NCBI GenBank assembly: GCA_964016885.1
Contig: OZ024744.1
Coordinates: 22,878,001 to 22,942,000 of the forward strand
Direction of reading: 5' to 3'
Length of the DNA: 64,000 nt
Source of the DNA: Eledone cirrhosa
Lineage: Eukaryota
The notes below the pieces were generated by a model. The model searched no databases. It saw nothing but the letters and a program-made list of their open reading frames with translations, and had not been told where the DNA came from. The position numbers and the translations under genes were made by a program. This document shows positions 11,617 to 24,084 of this stretch, piece by piece (position 1 is the stretch's first letter; each line of letters begins with the position of its first letter).

Positions 11617-14600
11617 CTATAGTCTGATGTAGAGTGAAGGCCCATTCACACGGGCCATTCTCGCCACTTTCACCCATCTTTCATAGAAACGGCTGGGGTG
11701 CAGCACCTCTCTCTCCATCCTGATCCTTCTTCCGAAATGATATCGGAAGAAACGGACCAGTTGTTGGCCAGAGAGAAAGGTGCCCGACCTCAGTCCTTTC
11801 AGACGCGTCCACCATACAACCTCTTTCGCCATGGCTATTACGCACAGAAACACCGCCTCTGCTTCATCTTTGAAGGGGGGAGGCGGCTTGATCATTACAA
11901 TAGACTCGGTGGTCAACCGGATCGGTCCCACCCTTGACAGCAGTTGTTCGACATAGCCCCACAGATCGGCTACGCCCGAGCAGTGTACTAATGCGTGTGC
12001 AACGGTTTCCTCGTCGCACACGCATCTGGGACAGATCTTTTTGGCGGGGTCCCTACCCGGGCGCCCGTGTCTGTAGAGCCTTTCTCGAACGGGTAAAGCC
12101 CCTCGGTAGCACTGCCAGGCCAGGGACTTCTGGAAGTTGTCCATAGGTCCCGGGCTGAATGTCCTACCGAACAGGCTGGCCAGTTCGTCCTCCTCCATGT
12201 CTAGGGCTTCTCCGAGGGCGTCGTCGCACCTGCTGCGTACCAGCCCTCTATAGAATGTTGCGGTGGAGTCTCCACTGATAACCGGATCCGCCTGCCAGAG
12301 GGCGGTGAGCGCCTGGGCACACTCAGTGTGCCAGGCGCCCAGTTTTCTCGGTCTTTGCTTGACCCAGGATTGCAGCTCGGTGAGTGAGACGAGTCTGGGA
12401 AAGGTTCGTCTCACAAACGAGGCCCACACCGGTTGTCCGGTGAGGAATACGTAGAGGTGCCGTAGCCTTAATGCGTGTTTACGCATCATTAGCCACGGCA
12501 TCCCCAGCCCTCCTTTCGAAGGGTGTTGACAGCAGATGGATCTCCTCACCATAGGAGCCCGCCTCTTCCAAAGGAATTGGAAGAGCGCGCGCTCCATCTT
12601 GGTGAGGGTTTCCCTTGGGCAGGGCACTACGGTCAGGCGGTAGTAGATGACGGACGCTATGTAGGTGTTCGCCACCTCCGCCCGACCTTTCAGGGATAGT
12701 TTGCAACTGGCCCACTTCTGGGTCAGTGCAAACACCCTGTTCGTAACCTCCGCCCAGTTTTTCTCCACCTGGAGGTCCGGTCCGAACCAGACCCCGAGCA
12801 ACTTCACCGGGCCCTCCGTCCAGCGTCCGACGACGCTATCGGAGGGCATCGGTCTGCCCCTCCACGTGCCGAGTTGCAAACCGATCGACTTGTCCCGGTT
12901 CAGCTTAGCCCCTGTGAACTTTTCGTACTCCTCCAGTAAGGTGCCGACCGCCTCGATTTCGGAGGCCGTCGACACCATTACTGTCACGTCATCGGCGTAG
13001 GCCGACACCGCTTTCCGCAATCCCTGTTCCAAAGGGATGCCCTGCAACAACTCCAACTTCCGCAGTAGTGGCTCGAGAGTCAACACATACAGAAGGGAGG
13101 AGAGAGGGCACCCTTGTCGGATGGACCGCGCGATTTTGAACGGCTCCGAGAGGTAGCCGTTCACCTTGACCCTAGAGCAGATGCGGCTGCTGTGCATAGC
13201 AGTGATCCAGCCCCTGAAAACGGGTCCGAAGCCTGCCGCCGCTAGCACCGCATCCAGGTAACCATGGTCGACCCTATCGAACGCCTTAGATTGATCCAAG
13301 TTGATCAGAGCCCCACCAAAGCCGGGTTCGTTCCCAACCCTCTCTATGATGTATCGCATGAGGTGGAGGTTGTCATGGATGGACCTAGACGGGATAGCGC
13401 ATGTCTGCGCATCTCCCACCAGGTTGCCCACGACAAGCGCCAACCTCTTTGCTAGCACCTTGGCCAAAATCTGTAACTCTGTATTTAGCAGTGTTATGGG
13501 CCTGAAGTTACTTATTTCGTCCCCCTTGTTCTCGTCCTTCCTCACTAGCGTGACTACGCCCTTGGTCACAGTACAGGGAATTCTCCCGTTCTGTTGCCAG
13601 TTGCAGTAGACCGCCTCGAGGAGATCGGGGAACAAGTCCGGCATAGCTAGATATAATTCGTAAGGAAGACCATCGAGACCCGGGGATTTGCGTTTGCCGC
13701 ATTGGCTCAGCACGTCCTCTATCTCAGCGGCCGAAATCGGCTCCTCGCAGGACTTCGCCTCCCTGTCCGAGAGGCGCGGCAGGCCGTCGAGGTATGGACC
13801 GAAGTCCACGTTCCCAACCGGCTCCCCGCCCCTCCCGAACAGTCGGGCAAAGTGCCTTTGAAAGGCCTCACACATCTGCTTAGGCTCAAGAATCGCCCGT
13901 CCATCCAGGTCTCGCAAAGACCGGATGGTGGATTTAGTTCCACTGTTGGCCTCTGTCACGCGGGCCCAGCTAACAGCTTTGGTCCCCTCGTTCCCTAGAG
14001 CACGTATTTTACTTCGGACAACGCAGCCTTCGTGCTTCGCGTCGAAAAACTGGCTCAAAGCCGTTCTCGACGCTAGCACTCTGGCCACGTCGCCGCTTCT
14101 AATTGCCTCTTCTACTCTATCTATTAGCTCCCTTTCCTTCCTATTCCTATCCGCAGCTAGAACCTTACTAAATTCTATCGAGACTACTCTAATCTCTCTC
14201 TTTAGAGATACCCACCACCTGCTGTTGACGATCGCTCCAGTCAACCGTTCCTTAACTAACGTACTAATCCGATTCCTGTAGGCTCTACTTGCCGGCAAGG
14301 ACAAGTTGAGCTTCCAGTAACCGGGGCCCTGTCTATGAGTTCTGCGGAGGTTGACCATGCAGGTCACTAATTTGTGGTCTGAATAGCCAACAATGCGCAT
14401 TTTTAGACAACTTAAAAAGTCCTTATCCTTAATTCTAACTAAGAACCTATCTAGGTACGACCTAGATGATCCGCTACGATTTGCCCAAGTCCAGGTTGGC
14501 GCAGTCGGAAAATCTAATCGATATCTATCGGCCAGGTCAAATCGACCGATTAACCCTTTGAGGCTATTACACCCCTCTCTATCGGGGCAGGCCCCTACGT

Positions 14601-15078
14601 AGTCCCAGCGTGCATCTAGGATACCATTCCAGTCCCCCACTAATAGCAAGGAGCGGGACGTCCCCAGAAAAGTCTCCAGACGATGGAAGAAGTCCGGCCG
14701 CATTGACCCGAAAGGGCCGTAGGCGGCTACCAACCTAAACGCTCCGCCTTTACCACTGCCAAGGTCCAGAACCACTAGTCGACCCTCCGGGTCCAAATGT
14801 ACCATCTGTGTTGCGAGACCCAGATGTTTTTGCAGCAGAACGACAACTCCACCCCCACCTCCGGGCTGACAGAGAGATGCGTGCATCTCAAAGTCATCAA
14901 AGGTGGGGGCCAGCTGTCGCACGTTGCTGATCCGGGCCTCGCAAATAACCATCACATCTATACGTTGTGACCTGAGGTCATTTAGAAGCATTGCTTGCTT
15001 CCAAGTTGAGCCCAGGTCACGCGCATTTAAACAGCCTACTCTTAGCATAGCCATGTTGGTGGTGAAGAGAAAAGGCAC
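11617..15078 (-). CDS. LINE ORF2: AP endonuclease + reverse transcriptase + CCHC (zf-RVT); likely start ATG near 15054
   Basis: Uninterrupted 1153 aa. APE motifs GCLNARDL, VGDWN, SYLDRF, SDHKL. RT motifs KSPGLDGLP, FRPITLLN, LDQSKAFDRVDH, RQGCPLS, AYADD. Zinc knuckle CPRC...H...C. Confidence 0.92.
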   Translation of the reverse strand: MPFLFTTNMAMLRVGCLNARDLGSTWKQAMLLNDLRSQRIDVMVICEARISNVRQLAPTFDDFEMHASLCQPGGGGGVVVLLQKHLGLATQMVHLDPEGRLVVLDLGSGKGGAFRLVAAYGPFGSMRPDFFHRLETFLGTSRSLLLVGDWNGILDARWDYVGACPDREGCNSLKGLIGRFDLADRYRLDFPTAPTWTWANRSGSSRSYLDRFLVRIKDKDFLSCLKMRIVGYSDHKLVTCMVNLRRTHRQGPGYWKLNLSLPASRAYRNRISTLVKERLTGAIVNSRWWVSLKREIRVVSIEFSKVLAADRNRKERELIDRVEEAIRSGDVARVLASRTALSQFFDAKHEGCVVRSKIRALGNEGTKAVSWARVTEANSGTKSTIRSLRDLDGRAILEPKQMCEAFQRHFARLFGRGGEPVGNVDFGPYLDGLPRLSDREAKSCEEPISAAEIEDVLSQCGKRKSPGLDGLPYELYLAMPDLFPDLLEAVYCNWQQNGRIPCTVTKGVVTLVRKDENKGDEISNFRPITLLNTELQILAKVLAKRLALVVGNLVGDAQTCAIPSRSIHDNLHLMRYIIERVGNEPGFGGALINLDQSKAFDRVDHGYLDAVLAAAGFGPVFRGWITAMHSSRICSRVKVNGYLSEPFKIARSIRQGCPLSSLLYVLTLEPLLRKLELLQGIPLEQGLRKAVSAYADDVTVMVSTASEIEAVGTLLEEYEKFTGAKLNRDKSIGLQLGTWRGRPMPSDSVVGRWTEGPVKLLGVWFGPDLQVEKNWAEVTNRVFALTQKWASCKLSLKGRAEVANTYIASVIYYRLTVVPCPRETLTKMERALFQFLWKRRAPMVRRSICCQHPSKGGLGMPWLMMRKHALRLRHLYVFLTGQPVWASFVRRTFPRLVSLTELQSWVKQRPRKLGAWHTECAQALTALWQADPVISGDSTATFYRGLVRSRCDDALGEALDMEEDELASLFGRTFSPGPMDNFQKSLAWQCYRGALPVRERLYRHGRPGRDPAKKICPRCVCDEETVAHALVHCSGVADLWGYVEQLLSRVGPIRLTTESIVMIKPPPPFKDEAEAVFLCVIAMAKEVVWWTRLKGLRSGTFLSGQQLVRFFRYHFGRRIRMEREVLHPSRFYERWVKVARMARVNGPSLYIRL

Positions 15079-15741
15079 TTACCTCTCTGCGTCCCGGGTA
15101 TCGGGCTGCACAATTTCCATTAGGGTGGGGGATGGGTTGTTGGGTGGGGTGGTGGTTTGTGGAAGTGTGGGGGCATCAGTGTGTTGTGTGGTTGGGGAGC
15201 TTGGAGTTGTGAGGGTGTTTGGGGAGGGGGTGGGATAGTTTTTTAGGAGGACGCGGTTAATGGGCCCGACGCAGGGGGGACCCACGTCCTCTTTAAAATT
15301 GTTTTTTAAAGTTTTATAGGTGCCCTGTGGGGCCTTAATCATTTTGAGGTGGGGGAAATCCCCTGCCTGGGTGAAGTTAGGTCCTTGTGTTTTTATTAGA
15401 TTGTTGTTGTACACAATGTTTAACAGTTTTTTGTTTCTTGTATTTATGTATGTGTATGCATGTTTTTGTTTTTGTGTGGTGTTTTTTGTTTGCTGTTGTG
15501 AGCTCTTTTGTGTTGGTGTCAGTGTTATGTTTTGGGGAGGGTTTTTTTTCATTTGTGTGTCTGAGGTGTGTTTTCTTTTTTTTCTTTTGATTGTGTGGAA
15601 GTGCTCCTCCTCGTCTGACGACGAACTAGGGTCATCTTCCGCGTTGGAGGGGAGGGGTATATTTTCGGGTTGTGTTTGCGGTACGGGTGTTTTGGAAATT
15701 GTTTTTGTTTTTTGAGTGGAGGGGATGGGTTGGACATTGTT
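15079..15741 (-). CDS. C-terminal part of LINE ORF1 (5'-truncated; Pro/Thr-rich with a basic KRKKRK patch)
   Basis: Homologous to ORF pieces at 27.4-28.1 kb (AYINTxNK, PHLKxI, DVGxPC..PINRVLLK, EIxQPD). The listed Met lies in flanking sequence. Confidence 0.7.
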   Translation of the reverse strand, partial: NNVQPIPSTQKTKTISKTPVPQTQPENIPLPSNAEDDPSSSSDEEEHFHTIKRKKRKHTSDTQMKKNPPQNITLTPTQKSSQQQTKNTTQKQKHAYTYINTRNKKLLNIVYNNNLIKTQGPNFTQAGDFPHLKMIKAPQGTYKTLKNNFKEDVGPPCVGPINRVLLKNYPTPSPNTLTTPSSPTTQHTDAPTLPQTTTPPNNPSPTLMEIVQPDTRDAER

Positions 15742-15761
15742 AGATAGATAGATAGATAGAT

Positions 15762-15804
15762 ATGCTTCTTTATTTGCCACAAGGGCGCACAAGAAGTGGG
15801 ACAT
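15762..15804 (-). mobile_element. ~45-bp extreme 3' end of a Tx1-like LINE
   Basis: Minus strand tgtcccacttcttgtgcgcccttgtggcaaataaagaagcata followed by (TATC)n matches the family 3' terminus. Confidence 0.75.
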
Positions 15805-16254
15805 GATAGACGGTAGTGTAAGAAAATAGAAATAAATAGATGGGTGTGTATAGAATCATTAGAAATAGATACACATGTGTATAAGTATAAATTACGAGTA
15901 TATATTTTTATTTATATTGTTAGTGTACCGAGATATTGATTCCGGCTGAAAAGGACAAGAAACTGATATGAGAAACAAACAACAACAACACATAAGAGAA
16001 CAAATAAAAGTATACCACTTGTTGATATAAGTTTATATAGCATGTGCAAGTGATTAAATGAATATTTAAATATTAAATATACATGTGTATGTAGGTGAAT
16101 GGAATATACGTACATACGTATATATATGTAAATATATACGTCTGTATGTATGTGTGTGTGTACACTCACACATACACATACATACATATACGTACGCATA
16201 TATAAACGTTTATATATATATATATTATATATATATATATATATTATATATATA

Positions 16255-16297
<43 letters not shown>

Positions 16298-16316
16298 AAT
16301 ATATATATATTATATA

Positions 16317-16390
<74 letters not shown>

Positions 16391-16465
16391 TGTACATAAT
16401 GAAAAATACATATGATATATGTATATAAGTAGGTATATATTTACGTACCTAGGAATGTGTGCGCT

Positions 16466-16540
<75 letters not shown>

Positions 16541-16606
16541 GTTATTCCGGGTTGAATCGGAGGTAACCACAGTAAGTAAGGTACTCAATACATAGCAGAG
16601 TATAAC

Positions 16607-16728
16607 AGTTTTAATATAGATGAGATTCTACAGGACTAGAACTGTTTCATTCATTAGAAATCATCAGATTCCTGATGATTTCTAATGAATGAAACAGTTC
16701 TAGTCCTGTAGAATCTCATCTATATTAA

Positions 16729-16732
<4 letters not shown>
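16607..16732. repeat. Perfect 61-bp inverted repeat made of two head-to-head hammerhead cores (Penelope inversion junction)
   Basis: Arms 16607-16667 and 16672-16732 with spacer attc. Each strand reads CTGATGA-tttc taat gaat-GAAAC-agttcta-GTC-ctgtagaatc. Confidence 0.8.
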
Positions 16733-16785
<53 letters not shown>

Positions 16786-16874
16786 AGCGCACACATTTAT
16801 ACGTACGTAAATATATACCTACTTATATACATACATATATATATATATCCCTACATTCATTCATACGTACATTC

Positions 16875-16987
<113 letters not shown>

Positions 16988-17196
16988 TGTGTATATATAT
17001 ATATATGTATGCATATCAATAAGTATGCGGGTGTGAGGTTGTGAAGTTAAGCAAATATAGATTTACATATTTTAAACATATAAAAGCAAGAAAAGGGTAA
17101 TATTGTCAATGTCCTTCGTTGTAAAGTGTGTATTTGTATTAGTATATACACTTATCAATCATTCAATCACATGCACCATAGAACACACACACACAC

Positions 17197-17380
<184 letters not shown>

Positions 17381-17645
17381 ATGTGTGTGTGTGTGTATAT
17401 ATATATATATGTATATACTTATATATGTATAGTTGGGTAGGGTGTTAGGTAAGTAAGTAGGTATGTGTATGCGTATTTGTAAATGTGAGAGGAGTTGGAA
17501 ATTATATATATATATATATAGGAAAATGTATGACCCGACGGCAGACCTCAAGCCGTTTCGACTACCCTAATTATTGAGTACTCTGGTGCGCTATGGTCCA
17601 TCTGGTTCCTTACCACAACTTCTTCATTTTATATATATATATGTA

Positions 17646-17777
<132 letters not shown>

Positions 17778-17957
17778 TATATATATATGAATATACATAT
17801 ATATATACAAATATATGTATATACATACATATGTATATATGTGTGTGTGTGTGTGTATGTATATTTTAACACTGGCTTATATTTTATGTCAATATAATTT
17901 GATACGGTATATAGATGTACTCATACCGGACAGGCATACTCCCAATGGTACGTTTGT

Positions 17958-18036
<79 letters not shown>

Positions 18037-18120
18037 CGTGTATATATATACATGCATACTTAGACACACACAGACACATGTTCATACATATAGACGGACT
18101 GATAGTCAAATAGATAGATA

Positions 18121-19110
18121 TGTCTCTTTTATTTGTCACCAGGGCATCAATGTGGGACAAGTACAAAGGGGGGAGTTTACAAAACAAGGCGTCCTCAATA
18201 AGGAGGAGGCAATAACAATATATAAAAATAAAATAAAATATAACAATAAATATAATTTATAACAAAGTCCTCAATAGAGAGGAGGCGCCTTGGGGGTCGC
18301 ACACACCCCCGAAAAAAAATGTGCAACCCTTTTCCTCAGGAGCACAGAGAAGGGGTGCTCCCTTGGTCTTTCATCTTCCTCACCTACAGTCTGATGTAGA
18401 GTGAAGGCCCATTCACACGGGTCATTCTCGCCACTTTCACTCATCTTTCAGAGAAACGGTTGGGGTGCAGCACCTCTCTCTCCATCCTGATCCTTCTTCC
18501 GAAATGATATCGGAAGAAACTGACCAGTTCTTGGCCAGAGAGAAAGGTGCCTGACCTCAGTCCTTTCAGACGCGTCCACCATACAACCTCTTTCGCCATG
18601 GCTATTACGCACAGAAACACCGCCTCTTCTTCGTTTTTGAAGAGGGGAGGCGGCTTGATCGTTACAATAGACTCGGTGGTCAACCGGATCGGTCCCACCT
18701 TTGACAGCAGTTGTTCGACATAGCCCCACAGATCGGCAATGCCCGAGCAGTGTACCAATGCGTGTGCAACGGTTTCCTCGTCGCACACGCATCTGGGACA
18801 GATCTTTTTCGAGGGGTCCCTACCCGGGCGCCCGTGTCTGTAGAGCCTTTCTTGAACGGGCAGAGCCCTCCTGTAGCACTGCCAGGCCAGGGACCGCTGG
18901 AAGTTATCCATGGGTCCCGGGCTGAATGTCCTACCGAACAGGTTGGCCAGTTCGTCTTCCTCCATGCCTAGGGCTTCTCCGAGGGCGTCGTCACACCTGC
19001 TAACCACCAGCCCTCTATAGAATGACGAGGTGGATTCTCCACTGACAGCCGGGTCCGCCTGCCAGAGAGCCGTGAACGTCTGGGCACACTCTGTGTGCCA
19101 GGCGCCCAGT
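18121..19110 (-). mobile_element. 5'-truncated Tx1-like LINE copy flanked by (GATA)n on both sides
   Basis: Close match to the 3' 1 kb of 11352-15741. tagatagata at ~18111-18120 and atagatagatagataga at ~19114-19130. Confidence 0.92.
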
Positions 19111-19387
19111 CAAATAGATAGATAGATAGACCGGAATTATTGAAATATGAGGTAGAAGACGAACAAGATTTAGTATTAGAAAAAGTATTTGAAGGGGGAG
19201 GAGGAGAATTTAAGAAGAAATCTTTAGTTATATATAGTTATATATAGTTATATATACTTACGCTTATACATATACGGTGTATATATGTACATGTATATAT
19301 GTATATATGTATGTGTATATATGTATACATACATATATATATATATATATATATTATATGTATAAATATATATGTAAATATGTATGT

Positions 19388-19426
<39 letters not shown>

Positions 19427-19527
19427 CATATATATATATATGTATATACACATATATATGTAAATATGTATGTATACATATATATATACATACACACACA
19501 CATATATATGTAAATATGTATGTATAC

Positions 19528-19622
<95 letters not shown>

Positions 19623-19624
19623 TA

Positions 19625-19714
<90 letters not shown>

Positions 19715-19715
19715 C

Positions 19716-19750
<35 letters not shown>

Positions 19751-20106
19751 TTATATACATGAGTCTGTTCTTGTTTTTTGACGAGGTTGTATTTTATGTC
19801 ACAATGAAAAATGTTTGTACTAAGCACTTTTCCTCTCGATTGGCTGGTAATGTTTTTCTTGTCTTTTTCTTTTCCCTTTGCTGTTGTCTTGTTATTTTTT
19901 TTCTTTTTCTTTTTTTTTCGAAAACAACAACAACCACCAACCACCACCACAACAACAACAAAAAACAACAACAACAACAACAACATAAACTATCAGAAAA
20001 AAGCTACTATAAACTACAACTATAATAACAACGAAAAATATATCAGATATGGAAGCCGAGTCTGCTGTGGAGTCTTGTATAAGAGAAAAATCTTTGATGT
20101 TACGGT

Positions 20107-20138
<32 letters not shown>

Positions 20139-20359
20139 CACTTTCTCTCTCACACTCTTGTTCGCTCCCCCTCTTTCTCTACTAGAACTCTCCTCTTCTA
20201 CAGCTTGCAGTTGACATCAAAATGACACAGGAATATTAAGTGTTTATGCAGGAACACATAACTTCTTTTGGCTAACATTACAGGAAAACGAAGATATAAA
20301 TTTCTTTTGAACATGTCAGTTAATTAAATCTAATTGACTGACCAATAAAGATATTTCTT

Positions 20360-20436
<77 letters not shown>

Positions 20437-20463
20437 GTTTATATATATATATATATGTGTATG

Positions 20464-20526
<63 letters not shown>

Positions 20527-20666
20527 CTGTGTGTGTGTGAGAGAGAGAGGGGATGGAGAGAGTGTGTTTGTGTGTATTAAAGAGAAATGTTGGCATAATA
20601 TATACATTTCTATAAACATATATGTATACGTTTCTCTGTATATGCATATATATATGTGTGTGTGTG

Positions 20667-20722
<56 letters not shown>

Positions 20723-20973
20723 CATACATGAGTTTACAAATATGTTTATGTAGAGGGAAGGAGAGGGAAAAAGAGAGTAAGAGTGAAGGATGAAAGCGAA
20801 AGGGAGAGAGGTAGATACAAAAAAATGTTCCCGACCACTACGTACACAAACCACACAGACACACAGAGACACACACACACATACACACATACACAGATAA
20901 AACGTATTGGGGAGAGAATTAGAGAAACAGAGCTAGAGATAACTAGATAGACATGCACACACATACACACACT

Positions 20974-21079
<106 letters not shown>

Positions 21080-21343
21080 TATGTACATATGTATGTGTAT
21101 ATGCATATATATGTATGTTAAATGTATCAATCTATGTATGCATATATATATAACTATGTATGTATGTTTTTCTACAATGATATACAGAATATAAATAACT
21201 GATTCTACCCGTCCACCCTAACCAACACGTCCCACTTACCTCTCCATTCCACCCTCAGCTAACCAGTCGAAAACTTGGAATGTTTAAATATATTTTAAGT
21301 TTATGAAACTCTAAGGTTATAATGAAATACGTGGTATCATTTC

Positions 21344-21395
<52 letters not shown>

Positions 21396-21398
21396 CAC

Positions 21399-21455
<57 letters not shown>

Positions 21456-21464
21456 CATATACAC

Positions 21465-21527
<63 letters not shown>

Positions 21528-21592
21528 CATATACACATATATGTATATGTATAAATATATATATATAAATATATATATATATACATATATAC

Positions 21593-21708
<116 letters not shown>

Positions 21709-21734
21709 ATGTATATATATATATACATAACCGC

Positions 21735-21880
21735 TAGAATTGGTTGAGGACTTCCTGTATTTGGGGGCAAAGATTAGGATTACGGAAGATGATGTGGTTG
21801 AGAGGAAGAACAAACCCTGGGCGGCGTGCCACAGCTTGAGATCGGTGTGGAAGTGGGACCATCGTAAAGACCTGAAGGTC
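21735..21880 (+). mobile_element. RTE-clade LINE fragment
   Basis: [12 protein letters not shown]...[14 protein letters not shown] is similar to the 8253-8420 fragment on the opposite strand. Confidence 0.55.
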
Positions 21881-22104
21881 AGTAATTTCCTACTACCTTA
21901 TTACCAGTATGAGAAATACCTGAATGTATGAACATCAGTTGTTTTACAGAGCAGGAAAATAAATAAATTATACAATTATCAAAGTTGTGTTCAAATCATT
22001 TAATAGCTGACAATCATTTCTTCCAAACTCGTTTGGAGTCATTGGAGGATTATCAATGTTTGCACATATAATTAACCTCCTATTCAACTGAACAATAATA
22101 TAGA

Positions 22105-23925
22105 TATTGATGTTGTGAGCAACAGTTTCGTATTTACAGGGTGGAATGGATGTGACATATACTTTACGAGAATTGTACCATAATTGTACAAACATTCAAG
22201 TTCAAATTAAAATTCAAATTAAATTCAAATCAAAGGCATGGAGTGGTGGAATACATGTAACAGATAAAACAAGAGATTAGTCCAATTATTAAAGAGGCAT
22301 TGAGAAAGTGGTTTTGAGAAAGGAAGAGTGCATTAACAATTCATATGTAGGCGTTTGGAGAGTGCAACTGCGTTAGTCATATACATGAGAAGGAGACAAG
22401 CAAAGCTCTTATGCATATATAGATGAATAAATATTGTACTTTAAGCAAATATGTTAAAGTATTAGAGTCTATGGTGGATGCTGAATGTTGATAGTGTTCG
22501 AATTTATGTGTGTTGAGAAACATACAACTTTTGCAGACTTTTCCATGACATATGTTGAATTAAATTTTAGTTAATGTTTATATTGAATGTTTTAAGTTAG
22601 TTAGAGCAATGGATTGTAAATTAGTCTTAATGAATTCATATTCATAGACTATATTTGATCAACCGTTAAATTTTTCAATCGTTAATTTCCGGAAGTGGAT
22701 AAGGGGAGCTAATGCGTAAGGGGGGGGGGGGGTAACTAGCTAATTAAGTTCAATTCAGTTGTTAAAATTCTTTGTTCTAATATAATGTGATACCATTGGA
22801 TCTCTGTTACATAACGCTGTATATTTATACCTGATTTTAAATACAGTGTATTTTACTATCATACATTAAAGGTCTCTTTAGATTGTCATCTATTCATTGC
22901 TGGACAAGGTATATGTTATGAAGGATTATATAGCTGTTAATATGTCATAATAGATATGCCATATGTGTATTTAATTATAAATGTATATATATACTTTTTT
23001 ATTATTATGTTGTGTAATTTAAGCATTTAATTATACAATTATAAATGCATATATAGTTTATTATCACATACTACATTAAATGTCTCTACATACCAAGTAC
23101 CAAATATCCATTACTGTATATGATATAATTAATCTATTGTAGTTATATCACAAGGTGGTAACTCTGTGTCTAATTCTAACTGTTATTGCAGAGCATAAGG
23201 TTATAGATGAATAGGAGGTGTGTAGAGGAAAGAGTTGATCGAGGGGTTTGTGGTTATGGGTGCTGCTAAGTCTTAGATGTGTAGTGTTAATGGTGGTGGG
23301 GAATTCAAATCTGACATTGTTGTATACTAACAGCTAGGTTTAAAGTTATGGAAAGAATGCCGGTACCGGTGTTGGCACGAGGAAAATATCTCTGACTTTC
23401 TATTAAGGAGGTCTAGTTTCGAAAAGATTATTGTATGGGTCTCCAGAAGGCACAGATTACACAATTTATTCGGTGGTTTATACGATGAGGCCCTACCAAC
23501 TTCTTCCCATTGCAGTGTAAATGGTCTATTCCTAGTTTTCAGAGAGTGTACGTAGCTAGATAAAGAAGTGGTGCTGGCTAGATTGTGTTTTTTGAAAGAG
23601 TGGAGGTGCGAGTTATAACTCGTCTTGAAGTTGTTCGAAGTAGAACCTATATATGTTTTAGAAGAGTTGTATGCGTTGACGGTGCATGAGTAGATGATGT
23701 CTTTGGTTAAGCAATTATTACCTAAGGGGCATGATCTATTAGTTCTACAGTTACATTTATTCTGGGTGTTAGCTTGCCGGTTCCTATGTTGTGAAGAATT
23801 CTGGTTGATTTTAATTTAATTTGAATTTGAAATTGAATATTTGTACAAGTCTTGTACAATTCTCGTAAAATATATGTCACATCTATTCCACTCTGTAAAT
23901 ACGAAACTGTTGCTCACAACATTAA
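22105..23925 (-). mobile_element. 5'-truncated Naiad-type Penelope element with inverted terminal pLTR copies
   Basis: Open GIY-YIG frame at ~23790-23327. ~120-bp imperfect inverted repeats at ~22105-22233 and ~23806-23925. Confidence 0.8.
23327..23790 (-). pseudogene. GIY-YIG endonuclease domain of a Naiad-type PLE (no start codon)
   Basis: Manual translation: KCNCRTNRSCPLGNNCLTKDIIYSCTV...KTYIGSTSNNFKT...TTSLSSYV...LQWE...CNLCLLE...LLNRKSEIFSSCQHR, stop-free to a TAG. Not in the ORF track. Confidence 0.85.
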
Positions 23926-23939
23926 TTTATATGTATTAT

Positions 23940-23984
<45 letters not shown>

Positions 23985-24013
23985 GTACTAATACACACAC
24001 GCACACACACACG

Positions 24014-24084
<71 letters not shown>

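Larger units (their letters stand above)
11352..15741 (-). mobile_element. Near full-length Tx1-like (L1 group) LINE inserted in (GATA)n
   Basis: Partial ORF1, intact ORF2 and a 3' UTR with AATAAA. (GATA)n tracts at ~11312-11351 and ~15742-15761. Confidence 0.93.
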
